From: Ruditapes philippinarum
Taxonomy: Eukaryota
Direction of reading: 5' to 3'
DNA length: 64,000 nt
NCBI RefSeq assembly: GCF_026571515.1
Contig: NW_026860867.1
Location: forward strand, 1 to 64,000
This document shows positions 1 through 12,569 of the stretch, in pieces. Numbering within the stretch: the stretch's first letter is position 1; each line of letters opens with the position of its first letter. Position numbers and translations under genes: made by a program. The notes below the pieces were generated by a model. That model searched no databases, had not been told where the DNA came from, and was given only the letters and a program-made list of their open reading frames with translations.

Positions 1-3000
1 TTGTACAACACCAACAACAAATCCACTTGCAGCCACAGCAATAAAACAAAGAACGCTAGAAATCCGCCTTCCAAACCTAACAATTGAACAATTAAATACA
101 TGTATTATATTTTCCACATAGATCTGTTAACGTCCTACATACATGAATTCTTAAGACTCAGATGTCAATGATACAGTTTATAAAGTGAATACCAACATTT
201 AAATGTTCCGATAACCCTTAGAAGGAAATATACAACGTTCATAAACAACTTGCGCTAAAATAGTTGGTAAATTTACCTCAGTTGTCTTTGCAACTCTTTA
301 TATACATATTCAATGAAGGCATGTCAACGGAATGCATTTGTATATTTGTATTTGAGAAAACTCCAAAACTTAATTTAATCTTTATAAATAACGATATGTT
401 TTATACACGGGAAGAAAATGTTTATCAAAGTTTTGGTCTCCAACCTGATTTGTAACCAGAGGGCGATGATCTTTGTAGGAATTCCTGCTATACTAAATAG
501 AAATAGGTTCAGATAGATGTTTCCTGAAAGAGCTTGAATGCCAAATGTTATTGCGTACAACACCATCCCTAATGCCAACCTGCAAAGAAATTTCATAACT
601 TTGATTACACTATAATTGCCATGCGGAGGTCTGTTGTTTAAATACAATCGCAGGTCTATCGCACCAGGTAGCATGGACAGTCTGAGACTGTGATTGCAAA
701 AATATGTGATGCTTAATGCATGGGGACTAGTTTTAAATGCCAATGTACACATCAATGCAGGATTATTTCAAACAACAAAATTAATCATATATTGCTTTTT
801 TCTCCCGGTGCACTTGTAAATGAGAAATGATGCAACATTTCTTGGATTAATGAACGAGCCTTTTTTTAAAAACATGTTAATACATTAAAGAGCTTTTACA
901 ATGAAAAAGATCAACATAAGTTAAACTTAATCGATCATTTGAAATAACAAAATTACAAGAGAAAAAACAGGATAATAAACATGCCAGTCAATAGCCAGTA
1001 AGAGAGTGATTTTTGTAAGTTCCTTTGACTTAAACAGGTGTATGAAAGTGTATTTCTTGTCCATCTCTTTGGTTGATTCTTTCTCAATTATAACTGTATT
1101 TCCAACTTCTGGTACAGGCTTATTGTTTATCTTTGCCCATCGTTCTATAATCTTTTGTGCATCGGCGGGACGGTCATGTGCAACAAACCAACGAAAGCTT
1201 TCTGGTATGACGCTATGAAATAATAAGTGATCACTGTCATTTAATAAATAATATAATAATAACATATTAATTTCACAATATGTATGAAATTTCTTGACGT
1301 TTGTTTTTCTTTGTCTAATTTTAAAACGTAACTGTTAAAAGATTTTTAAACAATCACTGGTATTAAAAAAGTAACAAATACAGCAGACAAAAAAGTATGA
1401 AACTATAATGTTGTGCTTCTAGAAGTACTGAGATGATAATTTTTTCTGATGTCTACACGCTCTTATGAATTATGAAAAACAAGATCAACAAGGAAAGGCG
1501 GCGTTCAATGAACGCAACCCCCATATGACCCAGCAACAAGAACCAATGGCAAGGAGCCCAGGCGGACCCCAAACATAAAAAGGACAGGGCAACGTGTCGT
1601 TAATCATTAAATGATAAATAATTTGTAACTGATTAGGAATTCAAAGAAATAATAATAGGCCCACAAAGGGGAAGGGGACAGGAGACCGGGGGAAGGGGGG
1701 CGGGTTAATCAAAGAAATAAAAACTAGAGGCAATGGGGAAGATACTTACCGTAGACGAGAAAACAACAAGGGACACAAGCAAAAGTGTCACCAAAACAGT
1801 ATGAAACAACATAGACATACATCTGAGGAACACAGTGGGGCGCCGCCTTGGAACGGTCAGCAGCATAATAATGACTGCTGGGGCGTTTAAACCGGTTAAT
1901 GGTGCACCAAACCTCGCTCTTAGCCCCACCATGTTCCTATAAACGAGACAGTGTATATAAAATGAATCCCCGCCAAGTGAAATTCTAACAGTTGTCATGG
2001 TTACAAAAGGTTAAATAAGTAAAACACTAAAATGATCATGTAGAAACATATAAAAGTAAACCCAATGACCATAACAAAAGTACTCAATGTCCTAAAGGAA
2101 GACAGAGCAACAAGAAAATCACCTACAAGGGCCCGACGAAGCAAGGCAGAAGACGAACATTAAGACAATTCAGTCCCAAAGGGCTTTACGAACTATCCAT
2201 CATAGAGTCTCCCACTTGGTCCGTCAGATGCAATCAAAAGAGGAAAGCGTAGTGTCCAACTGTAAAAGGGTTGAACACTAAACATGCAGTATGTCTTAAA
2301 ATAGTAGGGTCATAACCTCTTTTAATAAAACGTTTAATAATTTTAGTAAAAACAGCAGAAAAATTACCATGACCCAAAATCTTACGAAGTTTGTAAACCA
2401 CATCGCCATAAAAACCAGGCTGGCTAATCCCTTGTCGCAGAAGAGTTTTTAAATCACTATTGAATTTAGAAATTAAATCAAAGTTACGATTGTAAAATTT
2501 AGTAAAATATTTCCGTAATTTATGATAGCGGTAGCCCTGTTTTAGAAGCTTGCTGGTAATAAAAATATTCCGCTCGTTGAAATCCTTAACGTTGTTACAA
2601 GCTCTAGCGAATCTAATTAACTGAGATACATAAACCCCGTAGGATATTGCATGGGGTACGTCTCCATCCAAATGTGGATAATTAACTATACAAAAGTCAA
2701 AGTCATCTCTTTTATCATAAATTTTCGTGTGAATAGAATTGTTGTTGATAGTAATATGAAGATCCAAAAATGATGTACTAAAATTTCAAGAGTTCGTTTT
2801 ATTAAGTTGTAGTTCATTCGGATAAATGTCAGACACCATTTGATCAAAATAAGGATTATCTAAATTAAAAATATCATCAAGGTATCTGGAAGTAGTATTA
2901 AATGCGACTATAACATCTTGTTGTTTCTCTTCAGACAGACTCAACATAAAGTCTCTTTCATAGCAGTACAAAAACAAATCGGCGACCAGGGGTGCACAAT

Positions 3001-5522
3001 TAGTACCCATAGGAATTCCTATGATCTGTTTAAATAGGGTATTACCAAACCTGACATAAATGTTGTCGAAAAGAAAAGAGAGTGCTCTACAACTTCGTCA
3101 CAGGTCCACATAGTATAATGTTTAACAATACCGTTAGTAAAAAAAAGCTTTGTTCGAATTACATGCTAGAAAAGTAACTTTTTCCCGTGCAAAAGTTTTC
3201 TGAATTAGGGAAATTAATTTATCATTGATTAATTTATGTGGCAAGTTGTATAAAGTGTAGAAAAATCGTATGTACTGACAGTTGAAGCTTGAAAGTTATT
3301 AATTTTGAATTTATCCAAGATTTCACCAGAATTTTTAATTGACCAAAAGAGATGTTTGCCTGTGTTTTCATAGACTTTATCACAATATCTAATTACATGT
3401 GTTTTAATGGCAGTCAAACAAGACGTCAATAAAATAGAAAGTTTACTTGTAGTGCAAGATGTAGAATTAGCAATAAATCTGGCTTTGTAAGGTTTTTTAT
3501 GTAATTTAGGAATCCAATACATAATAGGAAGTTTGAGTTCTTTTTCATTAATTTGACTATGATATCGCCTTCTTATGCCGTAGTTTCCCCTTGCACATGC
3601 CCCAGAATAACAATTAAAGTAAATCAGAATTTTAAGAATCTGTATAAAGTAATTATGTTTGACATAAACATCAGTTTGGAATTTCCGACAAAATACTAAA
3701 ACCCTTACAATTTTAAGTTTCATAAAAAGCATGCTTTATTCGTTTTTTTTGTTTTCAACGCTCACGAGAATCTCCTATGAGAAAACAGTCATTACATTAG
3801 TGTTGCATTATATAGACACTGTTAGGGCCAGGTAGGTTATAAGCATTTCCGTTCAAAAAATTGTTCTTCGACTGACAACTTAAACTTCATTCTATATCAA
3901 ACATTTTGCAAAAACTAAAAACAAATAGCCCTGCATTATTACTTGGAGAACTAATTAGTGAGTGATATGTCTAAATATTACATTCTTTCGTAAAAACTAG
4001 TACAAAATGCTACAGAAACATATATGCATATATAATAAAGTAAGCTTTATAGTACTTTTAAACTACTTACAACCAAGTAAACAAGAATGGTATTCCTAGT
4101 AAACAACAAAATAATTGTATATAGCGCCAGTCTTTAATCAACCAGGACACAAGAGCCAGAGCGCACACTTGTAATGGCCAGGAAGGGAACCCTGTGATCC
4201 ACGGACGCCATTTTGCCGACATAAATTCGGATAAAATGCAATGCTGAACGCTGATGAAGTCTCCAGCACCAATACCGATGAAAAATCGCGAGACAGCAAA
4301 CATAATCCAGTTTGTAGACATAAAACCGATGAAATTGAAGACGACAACGATGATAATTCCGGCAAAGTACGGCCGTTTTCGTCCAAAGGTGTCCGAGAGT
4401 TGCCCGGCAACAAGACTTCCAACTAGCATACCAGACGCTTGTAGTGACATCACAGTGCTCGGTATGTAATCAAGGTCACATAACAGCTTGAACTGCAAAG
4501 CAAATAAGAATATTTTACATCTAACATTCAATGACATACATATTTTACTATGAAATACATCAATCGTTTCGATATACTGTTTAAAGTTACCGTATAAACC
4601 TCTATTAAGATATGATAACAAGATCAACAAAGAAAGGCGGCATTCAATGAACGCAACCCCCACACGACCCAGGAACAAGAACGAGCGGCAAGGAGCCAAG
4701 GCGGACCCCAAACAAGACCATCAAAAGGACGAATTGCTGGGTGATCTCAATTGTGGCTATTCTTATCTATGCTTATATATTTTGTGCTTATATATTTTGT
4801 GGCCATGGTCTATTTTTCTATTTGGAATGAACAAACAAAATGTATTATAACCCAAAGAACAAGCTAGGTGGTCCATATTCCGGATCATGTTTCCACTAAC
4901 ATAAAGAATAGAAAATTAAGTTCTTTTAACAATAATTTTGCATAAAACATGATTATATATTAACTCGTTTCTGAAATTTTTTTAAAAACCTGATATATTT
5001 TGTCAGTTTTTTATTTTTCATTTTATCAGCTTAATTATACATGAAATATATTTAATGAATAAAGAACTTATTATATTCGCCGTATATTAGTTGTTATACA
5101 TATATATCTAAACACTTAAAAAGATGGCAAAACTTGTTGTTATAATATGTTACATTCAAATAACATCAAATGCTTCATTTACAAATTTTATATTTAAGAT
5201 ATTAATTACATACCTCAGATACTGCTGTTCTCACACCAGAAAACTCAAATGTATCACATTTGGTTTTATTTAATATACATGCTTTCTCAGCGCACATGTT
5301 TGTACCATTGTCGTTTTCTGCACAGGAAGCAGTATTATTGCTCGATGTGCCATCAATACACCACCACTTTGGTGTAGCAGTCAACATTATCGTGCTCATC
5401 ACACTAAAACTTATCAGCGTCTTCGTCAGATGAACTGTGAAACCCATGTATTTTTGAAACCTGCCACATCCTCCAAGATTTTCAATTATTTCGTCAGGGC
5501 TTGTTGGTTTTGAAGCAGTCAT
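1..5522 (-). CDS. SLC22-family (Orct-like) organic ion transporter, gene A, 3'-truncated by window edge
   Basis: Coding exons 5522-5214, 4492-4071, 1212-985, 579-445, 76-<1. Exon sizes and phases match the paralogs (422 and 135 nt exons). Motifs: GGCGRFQ, SDTFGRKR, PESFRW, RFGRR. The exon 3 donor is GC rather than GT. Confidence 0.9.
1470..1571 (-). repeat. ~100-bp dispersed repeat (probable retroelement terminal segment) with GCGTTCA-N-TGAACGC inverted repeat, copy 1
   Basis: Closely similar copies at 4611-4712, 25680-25783 and 37599-37700. Confidence 0.8.
2149..2212 (-). promoter_or_regulatory. SECIS-like stem-loop (form 2) overlapping the retroelement stop codon; 3' GA of the core mutated to AA
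   Basis: Minus strand reads GGAGAC-TCT-ATGAT-GGATAGTTCG-T-AAA-GCCCTTTGGGAC-TGAATTGTCT-TAAT-GTTC-GTCTTC. This gives a 6-bp helix I, ATGA, a 10-bp helix II, AAA 12 nt after ATGA and an apical mini-stem. Confidence 0.65.
4611..4712 (-). repeat. ~100-bp dispersed repeat, copy 2 (gene A intron 1)
   Basis: AACAAGATCAACAA..GAAAGGCGG..TTCAATGAACGCAACCCC..GGCAAGGAGCC..GGCGGACCCCAAACA matches 1470-1571. Confidence 0.8.
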
Positions 5523-5884
5523 TTCTCCTACACGTAACAAAAAGATATTACATTCAAAGAAGATAAAACCTATGCAATATGTTTTTTGGTTTGAAAATGT
5601 GAAATACGCACAAACAAGTAGGAAAAACTTTCGAAAGTGTTAAAAACCCGTTAAAGCAAGTTGATTTTTATTAATCGACTAGAATGAATTCATATAACGT
5701 CTTAAACATATATGCAGTGCATATTACTGAATGAGGAATGAGAAGTATAAGAAGTTCTGTATTCTGTTTAAATTTATTGCTTTGAGAAATATATTTTAGT
5801 TTAAGATAATGCTATAACATATCTTTAAACATATAGAAAAAAATCTTAATATACTAATATAACTTTCACACACCTTTGGAGGTA

Positions 5885-6900
5885 AATAATAATAATAATA
5901 ATAATAATAATATCTTTATTTTAAGAAGATTACACATTAAGAACATACAATAACAATCATATATATCTAATTTCCAAAGTGGCCTTCTGAAATAGAAAAC
6001 AACAACAACAACAACAACAGGACATGCATATGTAGAAAATGAATGTATAATATGTAATTTTTAGAATAATACAACTCATATACTTTCGACAGGCACTCAA
6101 CAATTTTTGTTCAAACATATATGTACATTGCATCATTCGTTTGTTCGTTCATTCGTTCGTTCATATATTCATTCATTCATTCATTCATTCATTCATTCAT
6201 TCATTCATTCATTCATTCACTCACTCATTCATTCATATGAACATCAAGATATGCTTTGTATTTTTCTTTAAAACATTTAAGGTTATTAACATTACGAATA
6301 TTTAAAGGTATATAGTTCCAAATGTTCATGCCATAATAAGAAAATGTGTCTTTAATATAATTTGTTTTAGGTCTTGTCCATAATACAATATCTTTCCGTG
6401 ACCTAGATCTTAAGTTATATATTTTGTTGTCGGATAAAGTCATCAGTTCTGTCATATAAGTCGGTGCCATGTTATTTAAAGTTTTAAAAACAAGCACCAC
6501 CGTGTGGTATTTACATCTGTCAAGGAATGGTAACCAATTAAGAGTTTCGAATAGATTTGTTGACGGAGATCTTTGAAGTTGCTGTAAAATGATTTTAGCA
6601 ATTCGTTTTTGTAACTTACAAACATTATTTATGTAGTTTGTGTTTCCTTTACCCCATATAATACAACAATAGTCCATAATGGGCAATATATATGCATTGT
6701 AAAACAATAATTTCATATCAAAGTGCAAAAAATACGATATTTTTTCAATAAGGCAATTTTTCCGTTAAGTTTTTTACAAACATTGTCAATTTGCAAGTGC
6801 CATTTTAAGTTGTTATCTATGCAAATACCCAAGACTTTTTGATCAGTTACATTTTCAAGAGCTATTTCATTTATCTTAAGAATTAATTTTTTAAGTTTAT
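5885..6900 (-). mobile_element. 5'-truncated non-LTR retrotransposon (CR1/L2-like LINE) 3' end
   Basis: ORF 6225-6728 carries LINE RT C-terminal motifs (ILPIMDYCCIIWG, LQKRIAKII, LNWLP, APTYM, YNLRS, FSYYGMNIWNYIP). An upstream frameshifted segment reads KVLGICIDNNLKW. The 3' UTR has AATAAA and a (TTA)n tail at 5885-5911. Confidence 0.85.
6131..6235. repeat. (CATT)n/(CGTT)n microsatellite within the LINE 3' UTR
   Basis: Visible run of ATTC units. Confidence 0.95.
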
Positions 6901-6958
6901 GGAATATTTTATTTTTGAAACAACCGTGTTTCCATAGCGTATAACTGACAACATAAAT

Positions 6959-7171
6959 TGAGCCATGTCACGACAAAACCAACAATGTGGGTTTGCGACC
7001 AGCATGTATCATGACCAGCCTGCGCATCCGCGCAGTTTGATCAGGATCCATGCTGTTCTCTAACAAACTCTATTACAAGTAGAGGAACTGATAGCGAACA
7101 GCGGTTGCAGGCTGGTCTGGATCCATGCTGGTTGCAAACGCACTATGTTGGTTTTGTCGTGACACGGCTCA
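6959..7171. mobile_element. Palindromic MITE, copy 1 (internal deletion)
   Basis: Termini TGAGCCATGTCACGACAAAACCAAC ... GTTGGTTTTGTCGTGACACGGCTCA are inverted repeats; same family as 7881-8117 and 47809-48044. Confidence 0.85.
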
Positions 7172-7248
7172 ATTGTATTTACTTAAAAATGCATGGAAGA
7201 CAAATAACTAAGACCTGCAAAAGTGTGTTATTTACATAACATGTTTAT

Positions 7249-7524
7249 TTGCACTTTCGTATTTAGTACTTAATTGTGTAAGAGATGTTATATAATTCAT
7301 CCGCGGTTGATTACATAACGAGCGTTTCAGGCTGCTGCACAAATATCATCATGCTTTTTTTAATGTGACTTATTATAAGTTCTTAACTTTGTACTTTTGG
7401 ATTTAGTACTAAATAGTGTAAGAGATGTTATATAATACATCCGCGGTTAATTACATAACGAGCGTTTCAGGTTGCTGTACAAATATTATCATGCTTTTTT
7501 TAACGTGACTTACTAAGTTCTTAA
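7249..7524. repeat. Local tandem duplication, 2 x ~140 bp
   Basis: ATTTAGTACT..GTGTAAGAGATGTTATATAAT..CCGCGGTT..TTACATAACGAGCGTTTCAGG occurs at 7261 and again at 7401. Confidence 0.9.
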
Positions 7525-7880
7525 ATCATTTGTAAAGGTGATGAAAGACAAAAGGACCAAAGCAGAGAAAAAGTACCCACCGCATGATATATACCATTGC
7601 ACAATTTTTTCTGTATTGATTTAATTAGGCGAACGGTGGAGGTTCTTGGATTCAATCAATGCGGTATAAGCCCGTGTGGTGAAATTTAAAATCGTTGTTT
7701 TTTTTATTAGACTTTAGAATAATAAAAAAGTATAACGATATATATTCATTGAAAATGTAAATAAAATAAAAGTGTTTGGTGGTTTAAAATGAATAACCAG
7801 TTAAATATAACAGATACCTTTTTTATAAAGAAATCAAGTACGTCAGTTTGATACCTAGTTTGGTTCTCGACACAGAGAAA

Positions 7881-8117
7881 TGAGCCGCGTCATAACAAAA
7901 CCAACATAATGCGTTCGTGACCAGCATGGATCCAGACTAGCCTGTGCATCCGCGCGGTCTGATCAGGATCCATGCTGTTCGCTATCAGTTTCACTACTTG
8001 TAATAGAGCTGGTAAGCGAACAGCATGGATCCTGATCAGACTGCGTGGATGCGCAGGCTGGTCTGGATCCATGCTGGTCCCAAACGCACTATGTTGGTTT
8101 TGTCATGGCGCGGCTCA
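7881..8117. mobile_element. Palindromic MITE, copy 2 (full length)
   Basis: ~100-bp inverted arms (CAAAACCAACATA..CCAGCATGGATCCAGAC..TCTGATCAGGATCCATGCTGTTCGCT) around a short spacer. Confidence 0.9.
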
Positions 8118-9948
8118 AATGCATCTTACATATCACTTTGTTCTCTTATGTTAGCAGTTGTGAGCATATATATTAGTGTTATTGGATGTAAAATTCTAAT
8201 TTGTTATTAAACTATTGAAAAGAACTCCACTGAGATGCAAAACCAAAAAGATAACATATATTAAAAAAAAAAATGTTTTGTGTTATTCTTAGACATTGCA
8301 ACGTTTTTCATATTAAGGCATTTTTTTAAAAATTAGAATCATTCTGGGAAAAAAATGTTAATCAATTAAATATATGTTATTTTATAAACACAAACATTAA
8401 ATAATAAGTAAGATAATTAACATGACAATAAGGTGTATAACTGGTGGAAGTATATAAAATACCACTATATAATATAAAACGGGTATAAATATTTTCATCG
8501 TTTAATTTTCTTTTATCCTTTTGTATTAAGTTTGCTAATCCTTATAATTAAATTTTATAGGAGCAGATAAAGTTGAACTTGCGAATTTATAAACAACCTT
8601 TCACGATACTCGTGTATACTAGTGATGGAAGAAGCTTAAACTATGCTTGGTTATCACGTGATATTTTTGACAGTTTTTGCCGTATATTTGTTGTAAGTTT
8701 AAATAACCACAGTCACATTACAGTCATTTTATCTAACATAAGCCTTAAGAACTAATTTTCGAGACTGCACATACTAATTTGCAGCAAACATGTTTATAAA
8801 GTGACATTAAGCTGATTTTTTTCATTGTCAAGTTGAGCTGATATGACTTTATAATTAAAAAGACTGACTTTTATACTGGCGATGGACCAACAGTTGATAT
8901 TGGAAAATGTTAAGAAAAAAAAAATCTGCCTGAAAAATAAAAGCGACTGCCCTACTCTTTTCCTTTTTATAAACTTAACGTAACAGTTTGAATATTCCAA
9001 TGAATATACCTTGGGCCATGTGAGTTATTTATCTTTCATTCAAAGTGTATTATAAAATTGAAAGGAATTATGGCAAAATGTAAACTTATTTTGCTTTAAC
9101 CTGTTTGAATATAACCTTGACTTAAGAAGTGCATTGTATATGTCATGATTGTCTGACTGAAAAAAACGACGTATTATTAATATATACACACACATACACA
9201 TGTACAATAAACATGTACCTAAGTATACGACAACTGTAAGCTTATTAAAAAAGAACAGCTACTAAGACGTTATTATTATTATTAAAACTATTGAAAAACT
9301 ATACATCATAATAAGTATGTACATGTATATTAACGAATTAATAGATAAAATTATATTAAGCATTTTTTGAATACGACATAACAATTTAAAAAAAATCCTT
9401 TTCCGAATACATTCTTAAGGCTTTTAAAATTAAGTACAAATTAAGGTTTAATTACTATAATCATTTTTGTTGTCTATAAACATATAAATGCCTCCTGTCC
9501 TTCGACTACGTTTGATTTTCCCCAGATGAACCACAACCTATCTTCCATGAGGCCAAACATTTAAATCAACAATTAAAACATGCATATTCTTACCTGAATT
9601 ACGTAAACTGGGAATGTATGATACAGACAGGTACGTGAAATAATAAATCCTACTGTCCTACTGTTTGTAGGTAAAGGTTAATGGAGTTAACAACATTAAC
9701 GTTACGTTAATTAGAACAGATACTTAAATATATTCATGATCACACTATTACGCGTTCAACCTTGATATTAAAGGCAAAATATACTTTTTTAGAAAGAGAA
9801 AGCAGTAGTTTTATCGCGGTTAAACAATGTTTTTTTATGAGTATACTATTATGCTTATTACATGAAAAGGTTGCTCTGAATGTGAAAGTAGCTAAAGGTA
9901 GTATTAGATGTAAACAAAGTTGTATTTGACTTCCATATTTAACACTAA

Positions 9949-10015
9949 AACAAAACCAACATAGTGCGTTTGCGACCAACATGGATCCAGACCAGCCTGT
10001 GCATTGCTGATCGGA
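9949..10015. mobile_element. Fragment of the same palindromic MITE
   Basis: ACAAAACCAACATAGTGCGTTTGCGACCAACATGGATCCAGACCAGCCTG. Confidence 0.75.
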
Positions 10016-10319
10016 TAAAACCCTACTTAAAATAGCAAAATAATATTTTGTTCCGGAACATTTTGTTCTGTTTACGTACATTTTTCATGTGTGTTAAATA
10101 TGTCACTACTTTTTCGGGAATCAACCATGTAATTATGGAACCAATATAATTTTACTGTTGATACATTTAGAAAAAAAAATATTTAATAAGATATAGGTTT
10201 TTAGAGGTTTAATAAATATTGTCTCGTCTAACATGACCTTCTGCTAAAATGTCAAACAGGTTGTAACTTAACGTCCTGGCTGGACATTGAGTTTATCGGT
10301 CATCGGGCGTTACAAGGAT

Positions 10320-10408
10320 TCGGCAACCGGCCTCGACCCTGAGTTACTCGACAGCCGGACACGTCGCTGAGTTACTCGGCAACCTGGCTTGATGCCAAGT
10401 TGCTCGGC
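10320..10408. repeat. Degenerate GC-rich 28-bp tandem repeat (about 3 units)
   Basis: TCGGCAACCGGCCTCGACCCTGAGTTAC / TCGACAGCCGGACACGTCGCTGAGTTAC / TCGGCAACCTGGCTTGATGCCAAGTTGC. Confidence 0.7.
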
Positions 10409-12569
10409 TTCAGGTCTAGAATGGTTGTCATCGGCAGGGCAAGGGCTAAACAATAGTAACGAACATCGAGATGTTGGCTTGGTGTTTCATTTTGTAATTT
10501 AACTTGTTTGAACATATTCTATTTAAAGATAAAAACCACGTATCCTTTACTAAATCAAAACGAATGAATAAAAATATGACTGAAACAAAGATAGAACATT
10601 ACCTTAATATATTTTGATGTAATACCACTAAATATAACTATATCATAAATGACCTTTTGGAAATCCAAATGCAATAATTTTTTATGTTGAGCTCTCAAGG
10701 TTGTTCACTCGTAACGTCGACACTAAATCAGGTTAAAGTTTATTCATGCACACGAATTTTAACTTTTTAAGGGTCATTTATGAATCACGAATGTTCATGA
10801 ATTTAATAACACCATACAAGTACAAACAAGTCAAAGACGGTAGTTGAAAGCGCAAGCTACTGTCCAGCCCCCTACCACAGACTTAAGTATTTAAAAGTGG
10901 CGTTTTGTTTTAATTTGGAACCAAAAGACGGATGTACGTATTCATAATTCTCTCACTATTGTGTTCAGTATATGTTCATAATGTCAAAGGATCTACACAC
11001 AGATGTCTTTCAGGGTATGAAATAATGAACGAAAGGGCACATGCAGGTTATTCTTAACTATAAATGCTGGCACGTTGCATAAACTCTAAAATTGTATGAG
11101 TATATATGAGTTATTACATTGGTTAGAGTTGTTCAGACTATCTCGTATCTATATTTATTTCTAATAAGAAGCGTTTTGCGTTAATGTTTCAATTATATAT
11201 ATATAATTGTCATCAATATTTGAGCCAATGAGCTAAAAAAAACTTAACAATAAGTCATAAACTTTAATAATTTGATACGATTGACGTCAAATGACGTATC
11301 GAGGTGCGTCATCAATACCAATCCCTATAGATATCAATTTTGTCAGTAACCAAGTCAATCATAAAGAAGAGGGAATGGCGTTTGTTTAATTTACATATCA
11401 AGTAAACAAACTGTGGCCGTAGAACTGCAACAAAGCGGGTAATGACGCTTTCAGATCCGAAACAAATATTTTAGAAACAAATGTATCAGCATTAATTGTA
11501 AAGTTACAAAACACTTATATAAAACTGATTTTTCAAATGACCAGAAGCGGTTCATTATTTCGGATTAGATATTAGAAAAAAAAGACAATTAATATTATAA
11601 TGAAATCAATGAAAAAAACGCACAAAAAATGACGACATTTATTGTTTCTGTGACATTCATTCGTTGTCGAGTTAAGCTGAGTTGGCACTGTATATTTAAA
11701 AGGGCCATTAGTTATGAAGTGCCCTTTAAATATTTAGTATGAACGCAGTGACTGTCGCGTTTTAACGTGTTGTTAATTTCTCGTAAATGAATTTACAGAC
11801 ATATAATATGTTGTTCAGGCTTTTCATTTATTAAGGTGGGTTTTGTCAATTGTCTATGATCGCAAGTCATTTCACTATGATTGCTTTTGATTCCACAATA
11901 TGCATTTATTTTTCATCGATATAAGTATGATAACTGTTTATCATTATGATATTTATTTTCCATAATATGATGTAAATTTTCATATGCGCAGCATATCATT
12001 ATCAAAAATTATAAATGCTATGCATAATTACCGTTATTGTGTGTACAATTTCTCAAATGCAATGTTATTTGTCTATTATGTTGGTGAGTTGCAATTTCAC
12101 GAAATATCATTCTGAATGCTAACAATGTATGCTTTGCTGAAATTTTAATATGTTATGTGACATTTTCATTATACTTTATGATATACTTGTTTATTATCGT
12201 GCGCTGTACAATTGGCATGTTTTATCTGTAACCGATGTGATGTTGCAGGGCATGCAATGAGTCGATGAACTTATATAAATAATCAGTATGCCGAGTATGA
12301 TAGTTAATAACGATCATGACATAGCATAATATAAAATTGTACATGTCAATCATTTCAGCGAGAACCAACGTGTTATACTTAACAATGAAGAATTAACATA
12401 GTTTCATTATGATAGACCATCATTAAACTATGAAATAATCTGGCAATCATTATTTGCTGCGCATCCTTAGTATAAAAGTAAACTTAAATCATATATTAGA
12501 AAATGAACATAAATTATTAATATAATAATCAACAAGCATCAAATAAAAACAATTATCAAAATAAAAGAA

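Larger units (their letters stand above)
1468..3570 (-). mobile_element. 5'-truncated Penelope-like retroelement, probably Naiad-type (RT at C-terminus, no downstream GIY-YIG); degenerate copy in gene A intron 2
   Basis: RT motifs YWIPKLHK-PYKARFIA, YDFSTLYT, GIPMGTNCAP, RYLDD, FLDL, YDKRDDF, SQLIRFARAC across ORFs 3229-3732, 2786-3010 and 2234-2767. About 3 frameshifts lie between 3245 and 3085. The frame ends DSMMDSS-TAA at 2186. TCTTATG at 1461-1467 and 3571-3577 is a possible target-site duplication. Confidence 0.85.

Noticed and set aside
2234-2236. Second TGA as firm evidence of selenocysteine
   Set aside because: Equally explained by +1/-1 indels in TTT GAT TGC (F-D-C); kept only as a possibility.
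3571-3732. N-terminal part of ORF 3229-3732 as retroelement protein
   Set aside because: No RT or GIY-YIG similarity upstream of SQINEKELKLP; it appears to be host intron read in frame past the truncation point.
7890-8210. Short ORFs starting MDPDQ on both strands
   Set aside because: Artefacts of the palindromic MITE.
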